From the NCBI GenBank assembly GCA_963667845.2, contig CAXXVL010000002.1:32001-96000 (forward strand): 64,000 nucleotides of DNA. Direction: 5' to 3'. The position numbers and the translations under genes are program-made. The DNA comes from Smithellaceae bacterium. GTDB taxonomy: Bacteria; Desulfobacterota; Syntrophia; Syntrophales; Smithellaceae. Of this stretch, positions 8,941 to 19,236 are shown in pieces (within the stretch, counting starts at the first letter, position 1; every line of letters begins with the position of its first letter). A model generated the notes under the pieces. It saw only the letters and a program-made list of their open reading frames with translations. It was not told where the DNA came from and made no database searches.

Positions 8941-10575
8941 CTAACGGGTCATCGATAACTTCTGCTCATCCTTGGGAACGTACCACTTGTCGAAATTGTA
9001 GCCGATGCCGAGCGGAGCGGGCTTGATGCCGCGGATGCGGTTGGAAATAATGAGGAGTTCATCGGGAACGTATAAGAAGGTGTAAGGCTGGTCTTCCGCC
9101 AGGATTTCCTGGAAGCGGTCATAGTATTTTTTGCGCTGGGCCTGATCAAATGTGCTGCGGCCCTTGTCCAGCATCTCATCGGCCTCTTTATTATTGTAGG
9201 AAATAAAGTTCAGCTCTTCGGGCCTGGTCTTGCTGGAATGCCACACGTCGTACGCGTCGGGGTCGAGCGGAATCGTCCAGCCCAGGATCACCGCATCGAA
9301 ACGCCGCTTCGTAATAAAATCCGTCACAAACGCCGACCACTCGATGACACGGATTTTTGCCGTAATCCCGACTTCCTTGAGCTGCCTTTGAATGATCTCC
9401 GCGCATTTCTGGCGGGTCTCATTGCCCTGGTTGGTAAGAATTTCAAATTCAAAAGGTTTGCCGTCTTTCTCCAGAATGCCGTCGCCGTTGGTGTCCGCCC
9501 ACCCGGCTTGTTTAAGCAGGTCGCGGGCCTTCGCCGGCTCGTAATTGTAGATTTTCACCTTGTCGTTATACGCCCAGGTTCCGGGCTTGTAAGGACCGGT
9601 TGCGGGTTTGCCCAGGCCCAATAGCACACCGCTCACGATTTCGTCTTTTTTGATGGCGTAAGAGATGGCCTGCCTGACCCGCTTATCCGTAAAAAGCGGA
9701 TTCTTCAGATTGTAGCCCAGGTATGTATAGGCAAAAGCGAGGTAGCGATACTTGTTGAAGTTTTCTTTGAACAGATTGTTGTCCGTCTGACGCGTGTACT
9801 GCAGGGGCGTGAGCGTCATCATGCTGATGTTCTGCGCGCGCAGTTCCAGAAACATCGTTGCGGTATCCGGGATGATGCGGGTGATCCGGCCGTCAATGTA
9901 GGGCCGCCCGTCGAAGTAATTTTCGTTGGAGGCCAGAACAATCTTTTGCCCGGCAACCCATTCTTTGAATTTGTAAGGCCCGGTGCCGATAGGATGGCGG
10001 GTGAGCGGGCTTTTGGTGATATCTTTCCCCGCGAGCAGGTGCCGCGGCATAATGGCGGACGCCCAGCTGATCAAGGCGGGAGCGAAAGGCTTATCGTAGG
10101 TGACGCGAAATGTGTAGTCGTCCAGCGCCTCGGCCTTTTTGATTTTCAAAAAATCGCCGCCATACGCCGTGGGCGTCTTGGGATCGGTGGTCACCTGATA
10201 GGTGTAGAGGACGTCCTGCGCGGTGAAGGGTTTGCCGTCATGCCAGGTGACGCCCTGGCGCAGATGAAAGGTAATGATCAGGCCGTCCGGTGAAACGTCC
10301 CAGGACTTGGCGAGGTCGCCCACGATATTCATGTCCTTGTCGTACTTGACGAGGCCGTTAAAGACCATACCGCCCACATCGTGTGACGCGGAGTCGGACG
10401 CCAGAAGCGGGATCAGGTTGCTCGCATCGCCGATCGCGCCCCCGACCAGGATGTCACCATAAGCCGGCGGCTTGTCGGCCTTGGTTTGGGCGTTTTCGGT
10501 CTGCGGCGATTTGCCGCAAGCCGCCAATGACAAGATCATCAATACTAAAATAGTGGGATAATAGAGTCTGCGCAT
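8941..10575 (-). CDS. Peptide ABC transporter substrate-binding lipoprotein (OppA/AppA family)
   Basis: Lipobox LAAC; GDLAKSW, LRQGVTWHDGKPFTAQDV, PIGTGPYKF, DKRVRQAI; start codon uncertain. Confidence 0.93.
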   Translation of the reverse strand: MRRLYYPTILVLMILSLAACGKSPQTENAQTKADKPPAYGDILVGGAIGDASNLIPLLASDSASHDVGGMVFNGLVKYDKDMNIVGDLAKSWDVSPDGLIITFHLRQGVTWHDGKPFTAQDVLYTYQVTTDPKTPTAYGGDFLKIKKAEALDDYTFRVTYDKPFAPALISWASAIMPRHLLAGKDITKSPLTRHPIGTGPYKFKEWVAGQKIVLASNENYFDGRPYIDGRITRIIPDTATMFLELRAQNISMMTLTPLQYTRQTDNNLFKENFNKYRYLAFAYTYLGYNLKNPLFTDKRVRQAISYAIKKDEIVSGVLLGLGKPATGPYKPGTWAYNDKVKIYNYEPAKARDLLKQAGWADTNGDGILEKDGKPFEFEILTNQGNETRQKCAEIIQRQLKEVGITAKIRVIEWSAFVTDFITKRRFDAVILGWTIPLDPDAYDVWHSSKTRPEELNFISYNNKEADEMLDKGRSTFDQAQRKKYYDRFQEILAEDQPYTFLYVPDELLIISNRIRGIKPAPLGIGYNFDKWYVPKDEQKLSMTR

Positions 10576-10803
10576 GGTGATTTTCATAGCCCAGGATGCG
10601 GACCTTTGCAATATGATTTTTACATCCTCCCCCGCTTGCCGTCCTTCCCGCCGTCCCGAAAATTGGTCTCCTCAAATGCGCCGGAAAGCCGGCGCCGCTA
10701 TGGCTTTTGCTGCCGGGCCGCGGAAAAGCCGCTTTCCTGCATACTGAGAGAATGCGGGGAACCGCATAGTTTTGATAACAAAGCTTTCTTAGACCTTTAA
10801 AAG

Positions 10804-10828
10804 ATGTTAACGTTTAAACGTACAACAT
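10804..10828. promoter_or_regulatory. Palindromic candidate operator
   Basis: ATGTT-A-ACGTTTAAACGT-AC-AACAT, about 25 bp upstream of the oxidoreductase start. Confidence 0.45.
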
Positions 10829-10854
10829 AACGGATTCATTGATGGGAGGTTTTA

Positions 10855-12150
10855 ATGACGGATGCAATCGTCATCGGCGCGGGTTACGCGGGAATGAGCG
10901 CCGCCGCGCTCCTGGCCCACGCGGGCCGGAAGGTTATCGTTCTGGACGCCTCCGGCATGATCGGCGGCAGGGCCCTTTCCTACAGAAACGAGAAAGGCTA
11001 TGTCTGGGAATACGGCGCGCATTCGCATAGGCTCGGGCCGAAGGGCATAGCCAACGAAGTGTTCAAAAGGCTCGGCGATGAAATCGATTTCCTGCCGGAA
11101 GCGAAAGACGCCCGGCTGATCTTTAAAGGCAAACTGTGGGAAAGACCCGAAGGGCCTGTCGGTTTTTTGAAAACGCCCATGCTTTCATTTCGGGGAAGGC
11201 TGGCATTTCTGGCGCTCCTGTCAAAAATTAAAAAGGCCGATCCTGCGGCATGGTATGACAAAACGCTCAGCGATTTTTACAAGACATCCCTGCAACATCC
11301 CGAGGTCGAGGCATTCCTGCCGTTTCTCGGCATGACCATCATGTGCCCGACTCCGGATAAAGTGAGCGCGGGCGAAATCATCGAATTTCTGCAAAGGGTC
11401 TTCAAAGCCGGTGTCGGTGTCGGAGAACCGCGGGGCGGCTCCGCGCAATTATTCTCCAAGCTCACTCATCACATCGAAAAAACAGACGGCGAAATATATC
11501 TCAGCGAAAAGGTGGGGAAAATCGTCATTGAAGACGGCAGAGCGGTGGGCGTTGTCACGGACAAGGCCAGCCACACAGCCGACAACATCATCTTTGCGGC
11601 AAGGCTGCCGCTGATCCTGGACCTGATGGACAGCCGTCTGCTTCCCGGGGCCACGCTCGATTATGCCAAAAATATCGAAAGCAGTTCGAGCCTCACCATC
11701 GACTTTATAACCAACAATCCGGTGACCGATATCCGCGCCGGTATCCTCGGCGTGGATATCCCTGTCTGGGCGCGCTTCCAGTCCAATGCCGATGATTCAT
11801 TGACACCCCGCGGAAAATATATCTCGACCTGGGGCATCATGCTGCCGTGGCACTTTGACGGTGATCAGAATATCGAATACCGGGCGGAAGAAAGACTCAA
11901 AGGCGTTATCGCCGCCCTCTTCCCGGATTTTCTGCCCGCGGTTGTCGAAGAAAGAAAGATTGTCGTGCCGGTCATGAACGGCAACGTTCTCACACCGGCC
12001 CAGTCCAAACCCCACCGGCCGGACATTGAATGCTCCACCATCAAGAAGCTTTATTTTATCGGCGACACCGTCCGCGGCGACGGCTGCTCCGGCGATATCA
12101 GTTTTTCTTCGGCCATGAAGGCGGTAGACAAAATACTGGGCGCTAAGTGA
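10855..12150 (+). CDS. FAD-dependent oxidoreductase (phytoene desaturase / amine oxidase-like)
   Basis: IVIGAGYAG, IGGRA, EYGAH, PRGG and LYFIGD motifs. Confidence 0.88.
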   Translation: MTDAIVIGAGYAGMSAAALLAHAGRKVIVLDASGMIGGRALSYRNEKGYVWEYGAHSHRLGPKGIANEVFKRLGDEIDFLPEAKDARLIFKGKLWERPEGPVGFLKTPMLSFRGRLAFLALLSKIKKADPAAWYDKTLSDFYKTSLQHPEVEAFLPFLGMTIMCPTPDKVSAGEIIEFLQRVFKAGVGVGEPRGGSAQLFSKLTHHIEKTDGEIYLSEKVGKIVIEDGRAVGVVTDKASHTADNIIFAARLPLILDLMDSRLLPGATLDYAKNIESSSSLTIDFITNNPVTDIRAGILGVDIPVWARFQSNADDSLTPRGKYISTWGIMLPWHFDGDQNIEYRAEERLKGVIAALFPDFLPAVVEERKIVVPVMNGNVLTPAQSKPHRPDIECSTIKKLYFIGDTVRGDGCSGDISFSSAMKAVDKILGAK

Positions 12151-12329
12151 GAACTGCATGAGATTGCGCGTCATTCAAGCGCCCGAAGAAATTCTTCCCG
12201 TCCAAAGCTGCTCCGGCGAACGCAACCTGGCACTGATGTCGAATTGACATCTCCGATCACTCTTCTTATATTTCCTGTAAGAGAAGGAAGTTCTCTTAAT
12301 GCCAACCGCGGAAGAGAGCAGAGTGAATT

Positions 12330-14063
12330 ATGCCCGATGAAATCTCTATCAGGATAACCGGTGAAGCAGGACAGGGTACCCAGACCATCGGCGACGCCCT
12401 TTCCCATATCTTCAAATCCGCCGGCTATCATTTATTCACCTATCAGGACTTCATGTCGCGCATCCGCGGCGGCAACAACTTCTCCGAGATTCGCGTTTCA
12501 ACCAAACCCGTTCATGCGCCCCGGCAAAAGCCGGACATCATCATCTGCCTTTCCCGATCAAGCGTCGATATTCATAAAAACAATCTGGCTCCTCAAGGCC
12601 TCCTCGTTGTGGACAAAGCAAAGTTCGGCATGGGTCAGCTCGAAGAATCCATGGTTGATGCGGCTCTGAACGAAATCGCCCTGAGGGTCGCCAATGACGC
12701 GCTGTATTCGAACTCCGTAGCCTGCGGCCTGATCGCCGGCCTTGCGGGCCTCGATTTTGCCTTTGTCGCCCAGGGCCTGCAAGAGGTCTTCGTGAGTAAA
12801 GCGGAGTCAATTATCGGGAACAATGTCCGCAGTGCCCGCGCGGGCTTCGAGCTCGGTCGGGAAAATCCGCAGCAAAATAGATTTCTGCTCCCTCCGGTCG
12901 GCAACGATGGCCTGGCAGCCGCTTCCGGAATGACGCTCCTGGATGGCTCAGCCGCCATAGGCTTAGGCGCTGTCCGGGCCGGCTGCAAATTCTACACCGC
13001 CTACCCCATGTCGCCGTCGACCGGTATCATGAACGTCATCGCCGAACACGCAGCCCAGGAGCACATTGTCGTGGAACAGGCGGAGGATGAGATCGCGGCC
13101 ATTAACATGGTCATCGGCGCATCCTTTGCGGGCAGCCGCGCCATGACCTCCACTTCGGGCGGCGGATTCTGCCTGATGGTGGAAGGCGTGAGCCTCGCCG
13201 GCAACTCGGAGACCCCAGTGGTGATCGTTGATGCCCAAAGGCCCGGTCCCGCAACCGGTTTGGCCACGCGCACGGAGCAGGCCGATCTGGAATTTGTCAT
13301 CTCGGCGGGCCACGGCGAATTCGCCCGGGCCGTGTACGCGCCGGGGTCCGCCGAACAGGCCTATGCCCTGACCATCAAGGCATTCGAAGTCGCCGAGAAA
13401 TATCAGATTCCGGTTTTGATTCTGACGGACCAGTACTTACAGGATTCGACAAGCGATGTTCCGGCGTTCGATGAGAACACGGCCGCTCCCGAGCGCTTTA
13501 TCATTTCCAAAGAGGAGTCCGCCCGGATCACATCCTATAAACGATACGCCCTGACGGACTCGGGGATTTCCCCGCGGGCGATCCCGTCGTGGATTCAGGA
13601 TGTGATGTACGTTGACAGCCATGAACACGACGAGTGGGGACACATCAATGAAGATGCCGAAATACGAAAGCAGATGGTTCAGAAACGCCTGCACAAAAAA
13701 ATGCACGGTCTCGGGGGAGAGCTGGAACCGCCGACGTCGTTCAACACCGCTGATGCTCGGATCATCCTTGTGGGATTCGGTTCTACTTTGGGCATCCTTC
13801 AGGAAGCGGCGCAGGCGCTCGCGAACAACAAAGTGGGCTTCGTTCACCTCTCGCAGGTCTGGCCTTTCCCATCCGCTGAAATAGTGAAGCTGCTGTCCGG
13901 CGCCCGCGTGATCATCAACATCGAAAACAACGCCCGGGGCCAGCTGGCTTCGCTTTTGTATCGCGAAACCGGCATCAAGGTCAGTAAATCCATTTTGAAA
14001 TACGATGGCCGTCCGTTTGATATCGACTCAGTGATTGACCTCATCTGGCAGGAACTGGAATGA
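12330..14063 (+). CDS. 2-oxoacid:ferredoxin oxidoreductase alpha subunit (gamma-alpha fusion)
   Basis: GEAGQG, SRIRGG, YPMSPST, QAEDEIAA, TSGGG, QRPGPATG, HGEF, YDGRPF. Confidence 0.95.
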   Translation: MPDEISIRITGEAGQGTQTIGDALSHIFKSAGYHLFTYQDFMSRIRGGNNFSEIRVSTKPVHAPRQKPDIIICLSRSSVDIHKNNLAPQGLLVVDKAKFGMGQLEESMVDAALNEIALRVANDALYSNSVACGLIAGLAGLDFAFVAQGLQEVFVSKAESIIGNNVRSARAGFELGRENPQQNRFLLPPVGNDGLAAASGMTLLDGSAAIGLGAVRAGCKFYTAYPMSPSTGIMNVIAEHAAQEHIVVEQAEDEIAAINMVIGASFAGSRAMTSTSGGGFCLMVEGVSLAGNSETPVVIVDAQRPGPATGLATRTEQADLEFVISAGHGEFARAVYAPGSAEQAYALTIKAFEVAEKYQIPVLILTDQYLQDSTSDVPAFDENTAAPERFIISKEESARITSYKRYALTDSGISPRAIPSWIQDVMYVDSHEHDEWGHINEDAEIRKQMVQKRLHKKMHGLGGELEPPTSFNTADARIILVGFGSTLGILQEAAQALANNKVGFVHLSQVWPFPSAEIVKLLSGARVIINIENNARGQLASLLYRETGIKVSKSILKYDGRPFDIDSVIDLIWQELE

Positions 14064-14101
14064 TCAACAGGGGCCGGGCAACAGGCAAGAGTGAATAATT
14101 T

Positions 14102-14887
14102 ATGGATGCAAATGACTTCAAAAGTTCCGATCCGATAACCTGGTGCCCGCGCTGCGGCGATTTCGGCATATTAAACAGCCTGAAAAGGGCGCTCGCCAAA
14201 CTGGGCAGAGAGCCCTCGGATATTCTGCTGGTCTCCGGCATCGGCCAGGCGGCAAAAATGCCGCATTATGTCAAAGCCAACTGCTTCAACGGCCTCCACG
14301 GCCGGGCGCTTCCCGCGGCCTTCGGCGCCAGGGTCGCCAATAAAGATCTGACCATCATTGTGACCACCGGCGACGGTGATTGTTATGGGGAAGGCGGCAA
14401 CCATTTCATCCACAACATCCGCCGCAACCCCGACATCACGGTCATTGTCGGCAACAATCAAATCTACGGCCTGACCAAAGGCCAGGCATCTCCCACAACG
14501 GATGAGCACATGGTAACAAAGATTACACCCCGGGGCGTTATCCTGGAGCACCTGTCGCCCCTATCGCTGGCCCTGGCCGCCGGCGCCGGTTTCGTGTCCC
14601 GCGGCTTTGCCCAGGACACCGACCATTTAACCGACCTCATCCTGGCGGGCATCCATTACAAAGGATTCGCCTTGATTGATGTGCTCCAGCCCTGCGTCAC
14701 TTTCAACAGAAAGAACACCTACGAATGGTATGCCGAGCGCGTTTACAAGCTGGACTCATCCTATAATTCCGCTGATCTGGGCACCGCGTTTCAGAAATCC
14801 CTCGAATGGGGTGACCACATCCCCATCGGCATCCTGTACAACGTTTCCAAACCCACCTACGAACAAAAAGCCGGTCTGACAGATTGA
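14102..14887 (+). CDS. 2-oxoacid:ferredoxin oxidoreductase beta subunit
   Basis: WCPRCGDF, SGIGQ, LHGRALP, GDGDCYGEG, YGLTKGQASPT, QPCVTFN. Confidence 0.95.
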   Translation: MDANDFKSSDPITWCPRCGDFGILNSLKRALAKLGREPSDILLVSGIGQAAKMPHYVKANCFNGLHGRALPAAFGARVANKDLTIIVTTGDGDCYGEGGNHFIHNIRRNPDITVIVGNNQIYGLTKGQASPTTDEHMVTKITPRGVILEHLSPLSLALAAGAGFVSRGFAQDTDHLTDLILAGIHYKGFALIDVLQPCVTFNRKNTYEWYAERVYKLDSSYNSADLGTAFQKSLEWGDHIPIGILYNVSKPTYEQKAGLTD

Positions 14888-15032
14888 AGATCTGTGACGG
14901 CTCTCACACAGGTCGCCGCAATACACGAGTACCGGAGCCCTGCCCTTCGTTTTCTCCCGTTTGACATTGCGATTGCTTTTATCCGGTTTCAAATGTATTC
15001 AATGTCCCATAGCGACAACATATCGAGGGACC

Positions 15033-16280
15033 ATGAAGTTCGAAAAATATCATATCTCGGAAGACATAAAACATAACCTGGCAAAACTGGGTTTTAAGAG
15101 GCCGACGGACATCCAGTTCAAATCCATCCCGTCCATCTTAAACGGTGAAGACGTTCTGGCCATCGCGCAGACGGGCACCGGCAAAACGGCGGCATTCGCC
15201 ATTCCGCTGGTCGATAAAATCCACCGGCAAAAAAGCAGCAAGCGCGATACCGGCATCAAGGGCCTGGTCATGGTCCCGACGCGGGAGCTCGCCACGCAGA
15301 TCGGCGAGGTTTTCACCAGCATCGCGAAACACACCAAGGTAAAGACGTTTGCCCTGATCGGCGGCGTCGAACAGGAGGCACAGCTTAAGAAGCTGCAGGA
15401 GGGCGTCGATATTTTGATTACCACGCCGGGGCGAATGTTTGATCTCATCCATCAGGGCGCAATCAACCTGGAACGCGTCGAGACGCTGGTCCTGGATGAG
15501 GCCGACCATATGCTGGATCTGGGCTTCATTAAAGACATTCAGTATGTTAAAAAGATGCTCACCCGCAAACATCAGACCCTGTTTTTTTCGGCAACCATCA
15601 ATCCGGAAATCAAGAAGCTGGCTTTCTCCCAGGTGAAAAGCACGGCCATCCGCATTCAGATATCGCCCGACGATCCGGTATCGGCCAATGTTTCGCATGC
15701 CGTCATGTTCGTCGAGATGGATGATAAGCGGTTCTTTCTGGAGAGCTTCATCCGGGAAAATCCCGATAGCAAAATCATTGTCTTTGTGAGAACCCGGGTC
15801 CGCGCGGAGCGGGTGGCCAGGGCCATGGAGCGCGTCTCCATTTCCTCAATCACCATCCACGGCGAGAAGGATCAGGATGAACGTTCCAATGCGATGAGGA
15901 AGTTTAAAGATGGCGAATGCCGGATCCTCATTGCCACGGATGTCAGCGCGCGCGGCATCGATATTCCGGACGTGAACTATGTGATCAATTATGATTTACC
16001 GGAAAAGGCGGAGAACTACGTCCACCGGGTGGGAAGAACCGGACGGGGCGTCAACAAGGGCATCGCGATTTCCTTTTGCAGCGAAGATGAGAAGGAGCAG
16101 CTCTCCGAGATCCAGCAGTTTCTGAATAAAGAGATTGAAGTGATCAGGCTGGGCAAAAAAGATTATGCCCGGACCCTGGACATGGTACAAAAAAACATCA
16201 ACACCGACGTGCTGGCGATGATCGCCGACAATGAGGCGTGGCTCGCGGCTAAGAAGAAAAAACGCTCCCCGAAAAAGTAA
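15033..16280 (+). CDS. DEAD-box RNA helicase (RhlE-like)
   Basis: AQTGTGKT, PTRELA, TPGR, DEAD, SAT, ARGID and HRVGRTGR motifs. Confidence 0.96.
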   Translation: MKFEKYHISEDIKHNLAKLGFKRPTDIQFKSIPSILNGEDVLAIAQTGTGKTAAFAIPLVDKIHRQKSSKRDTGIKGLVMVPTRELATQIGEVFTSIAKHTKVKTFALIGGVEQEAQLKKLQEGVDILITTPGRMFDLIHQGAINLERVETLVLDEADHMLDLGFIKDIQYVKKMLTRKHQTLFFSATINPEIKKLAFSQVKSTAIRIQISPDDPVSANVSHAVMFVEMDDKRFFLESFIRENPDSKIIVFVRTRVRAERVARAMERVSISSITIHGEKDQDERSNAMRKFKDGECRILIATDVSARGIDIPDVNYVINYDLPEKAENYVHRVGRTGRGVNKGIAISFCSEDEKEQLSEIQQFLNKEIEVIRLGKKDYARTLDMVQKNINTDVLAMIADNEAWLAAKKKKRSPKK

Positions 16281-16416
16281 GGGGACGCGGACTTTCCTTC
16301 TGAAGACAAAATCCGGAAATGCCAAAATGAAATGTTATGCCCCGGGATGCCCGGCGGAATCCCTTCCGGCGCCGACGATAACAAAATAGAAGTTTAGCTT
16401 CAACAAAGAGAGCATT

Positions 16417-17628
16417 ATGACACTTAAGAAACGATACCTGTCTTTTATTTCTTTGGCCCTGGCACTTACTCTGCTGATTCCTGCCTTCATGGAGGCGACA
16501 GGCCTGTCCGCGGAAAAAATGCAGCAGACCTCGGACCACTTTGACGGCCTCACGTATTTCAACCCCGTTGATCCGCAAATTCCGCCAAATCCCCCCGGCC
16601 GGACAGCAAAATCCAACCCCGCCTGGTGGGTTTGGAACTGGATTCTGGGCAATGACTGGCCCCAGTGGCCTACGGCAAAGGATATTTCGCCCGGACCGCG
16701 TCCCGTCACCCGCGTCCCGAAAGGCGAAATCAGCATAACCCCTGTCGGTCACGCCACTTTCCTGATTCAAATGGATGGCCTGAACATTCTCACCGATCCA
16801 ATCTGGTCGGAACGCTGCAGCCCGGTACCATGGGCGGGTCCCAAAAGACACGTCCAGCCCGGCATCCGGTTTGAAGATCTCCCACCCATTGACGTTGTGC
16901 TGGTGTCCCACAATCATTATGATCACCTTGATCTTCCCACCCTGAAGCGTCTCGCGAAAAGGGGAACACCGCGCTCCATTGTGACCCTTGGCAATCTCTA
17001 CCTCGTCAAGAGTGCCGACATCCCCACGGTGGATGAGCTTGATTGGTGGCAGTCGGTCCGAATCTCTCCCGACATAACGATAACCCTGGTTCCCGCGCAG
17101 CACTTTTCGATGCGCTCTCTGGCGGACTACAATCATACCCTCTGGGGAGGTTTTGTCATCTCCGGACACTCGGGTAATGTTTATTATTCCGGGGATACAG
17201 GCTATGGTCCCCATTTCCAGGAAATCGCCCGCCGCTTTTCACCGATCCGGGTGGCGCTCCTGCCGATCGCGCCCTTCCGGCCGCAGAAGAGGGATGATAC
17301 GACTCCCGCACATCGATCCGTTGTCCACATGGGTCCTGCGGAGGCAGTAAAAGCGCATCTCGATTTGGGTGCGCCTTTCACCATCGCCGCCCACTACCAG
17401 GTATTTCGGCTGGGCATCGAGGGATATGATGATGCCGTGACTGTTCTGGCCTCGACAATGAAGGAGCAGAATCTGAAGCCCGATACCTTCGTCACGCCTG
17501 CCCTCGGTCAAGCCATTATCATGCCGCCCATGTCGCATGCATCGCCGTCAATCGTGTCTAGGGAGCCCGTGCCGGATTGGAGCTTTTCATGGGTTAGAAT
17601 CCCTTTGTGCTTGGATCAAGCATATTGA
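16417..17628 (+). CDS. Exported MBL-fold metallo-hydrolase (NAPE-PLD/RomA-like)
   Basis: Signal peptide; GHATFL, LTDPIWSER, SHNHYDHLD, PAQHFS, GDTGY. Confidence 0.9.
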   Translation: MTLKKRYLSFISLALALTLLIPAFMEATGLSAEKMQQTSDHFDGLTYFNPVDPQIPPNPPGRTAKSNPAWWVWNWILGNDWPQWPTAKDISPGPRPVTRVPKGEISITPVGHATFLIQMDGLNILTDPIWSERCSPVPWAGPKRHVQPGIRFEDLPPIDVVLVSHNHYDHLDLPTLKRLAKRGTPRSIVTLGNLYLVKSADIPTVDELDWWQSVRISPDITITLVPAQHFSMRSLADYNHTLWGGFVISGHSGNVYYSGDTGYGPHFQEIARRFSPIRVALLPIAPFRPQKRDDTTPAHRSVVHMGPAEAVKAHLDLGAPFTIAAHYQVFRLGIEGYDDAVTVLASTMKEQNLKPDTFVTPALGQAIIMPPMSHASPSIVSREPVPDWSFSWVRIPLCLDQAY

Positions 17629-18040
17629 TCCCCATATCCTTTATGCACGAGTTCCGGCGTCATACATTGCTATCTGACGTGATATGGCTTGCCTTTTCCT
17701 AGAATCCGAAAACACAGCGGAAAACCTGATAACCTGATAACCCAAAGGTCACACGAGGTCACCACCTTGAAGGTGGCACTGCGCAAGGTCACACGCCGGA
17801 ATTGTTAGGTTGAACAATCCCGCGAAGCGGAGGGTATAATACCCCGCAGTTTCTTGGGGATTCAAACGCGTGGCTACGATATGTATTTTTCATGATCAAA
17901 AAGAGACGATAAACCAAAGCCAAAACAAATCATCCATGACAGGTATGCTTAACTTCGATTTACCGGGAAGGAGGGTTCCATTCGTAGAGAAATCTTCTGC
18001 GTGAATCGTACCCCAATTTTGCCGTTCTTAAACAACAAAA

Positions 18041-18195
18041 AATGAGAGCCACCTATGCCGTGTTGTCTTTTTTACTGGAGTCCATCTTTAAACATGCGGT
18101 CTACAAGGGGTGATAGTCACCACAAAGACCCTACGATTCACTTTTCGTTAACATCCAGTAGAATAGACTCCATACGAACACTGCAGTCCCTCATT
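18041..18195 (-). ncRNA. Rod-shaped, 6S-RNA-like non-coding RNA (paralog 1)
   Basis: 5'/3' ends pair (AAUGAG/CUCAUU, GUGUUCGU/ACGGCAU, GUCU/AGAC, UACUGGA/UCCAGUA); central A-rich bubble; apical GGUCU..GGUGA-UCACC..AGACC; ends in a U-run; colinear homolog at 31656-31803. Confidence 0.7.
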
Positions 18196-18201
18196 ACGTT
18201 T

Positions 18202-18230
18202 AATGTAGTGATGCTCTTCATCAATGTCAA
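18202..18230 (-). promoter_or_regulatory. Sigma70 promoter of ncRNA paralog 1
   Basis: TTGACA-17 bp-TACATT, ending 6 nt before the paired 5' end. Confidence 0.65.
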
Positions 18231-18342
18231 TGGCGATGCCTGTATATGCCGGACATGCACTGTATTTATTACGAGTCTTCGACTTTCAATCTGGAATTAG
18301 AGATGAATTGCCCGCTGCTATCCGTTTTGCAGCCCATACAAA

Positions 18343-19134
18343 TCAAGGGCAATAACGCTTGCCTTTAGCCATTTCCGACAATTTGCAATCTCCCAATGTG
18401 CAGGCCTTTTGTATATCACGGCAGAAAAGCTTTTTGTTGCCCAGCATAAAATAAGCACCCGCCCGGTTGGTATAGTACAAGGCGTCGTCCGGCTTCAGGT
18501 TGATGGCCTCGTTAAAATCCTTTATGGCATGCTGCAGTTTGCCAAGGTTATCATACGCTATCCCCCTATTGTAATAGAGCGTGGCATCTTTCGGCTTCAG
18601 TCTGATGGCCTTGCTGAAATCATCAACAGCATGCTGGTACTGACCGAGGTGATTATAGGCATTTCCCTTGTTGTTGTAGGCTTCGGAAAAATCCGGCTGC
18701 AGGCGTATGGCCTCGTTATAATCATTAATGGCCCGCTGATACTGGTCGAGCTTAGCGTAAGCAATTCCCCGGTTGCTGTAACTCTCAGCAAAATCCGGCT
18801 TCAGGCGTATAGCCTCGTTATAATCGTCAATGGCACGCTGATACTGGCCGAGTTTAGCGTAAGCAATTCCGCGGTTACTGTAAACCTCAGCTGAATCGGG
18901 TTTCAGGCGTATCGCCTCGTTATATTCTTCAATGGCCCGCTGATACTGGCCGCGCTTATTGTAAGCAATCCCCCGGTTGCTGTAGGCGATGGAATCATCC
19001 GGCCCCAGCTTAACAGCAGCATCAGGTTTCGGTTTATAGGCTTCATCAGGTTTCAGCCCAGCAGCATTGTTCAAATCCGAGCAGGAACAAAGAAACGTTA
19101 GAACAAGAAAGATGGCAACGATAATTTTGCGCAT
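18343..19134 (-). CDS. TPR-repeat lipoprotein
   Basis: Signal peptide with LCSC; about 6 tandem 34-aa TPRs (AYSNRGIAY..LGQYQRAI.DYNEAIRLKPD), also visible as 102-bp DNA repeats. Confidence 0.9.
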   Translation of the reverse strand: MRKIIVAIFLVLTFLCSCSDLNNAAGLKPDEAYKPKPDAAVKLGPDDSIAYSNRGIAYNKRGQYQRAIEEYNEAIRLKPDSAEVYSNRGIAYAKLGQYQRAIDDYNEAIRLKPDFAESYSNRGIAYAKLDQYQRAINDYNEAIRLQPDFSEAYNNKGNAYNHLGQYQHAVDDFSKAIRLKPKDATLYYNRGIAYDNLGKLQHAIKDFNEAINLKPDDALYYTNRAGAYFMLGNKKLFCRDIQKACTLGDCKLSEMAKGKRYCP

Positions 19135-19236
19135 ATCAGCTCCGTTTGTTGGTAGCATTGTTATCCTATGAAGACGGCGCCGAATGCTTTTTCGGCATGA
19201 ATGATCGAATGCGTCACTTTCTGCACTCTCCTGAGA

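Noticed and set aside
14885..15076. Possible UGA read-through of the oxidoreductase beta subunit into in-frame ORF 14894-15076
   Set aside because: The UGA is not at a conserved Cys position, I see no convincing SECIS, and the extension runs over the helicase promoter and start without family resemblance.
17733..17811. attC-like GATAAC...GTTAGGT segment, and a similar one at about 22123-22180
   Set aside because: The first has a direct rather than inverted internal repeat (AAGGTCACACG twice), the second lacks the GTT end, and no integrase is present.
18001..18141. 10-bp inverted match GTGAATCGTA / TACGATTCAC between the ncRNA interior and its downstream flank
   Set aside because: Absent from paralog 2 and short enough to arise by chance.
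18055..18300. 81-aa ORF over ncRNA paralog 1
   Set aside because: No clear RBS, and indels and stops break the frame in paralog 2, so conservation is not at the protein level.
18470..19000. 102-bp periodic DNA repeats
   Set aside because: These are coding TPR repeats, not a CRISPR array; there is no repeat-spacer structure and no cas gene.
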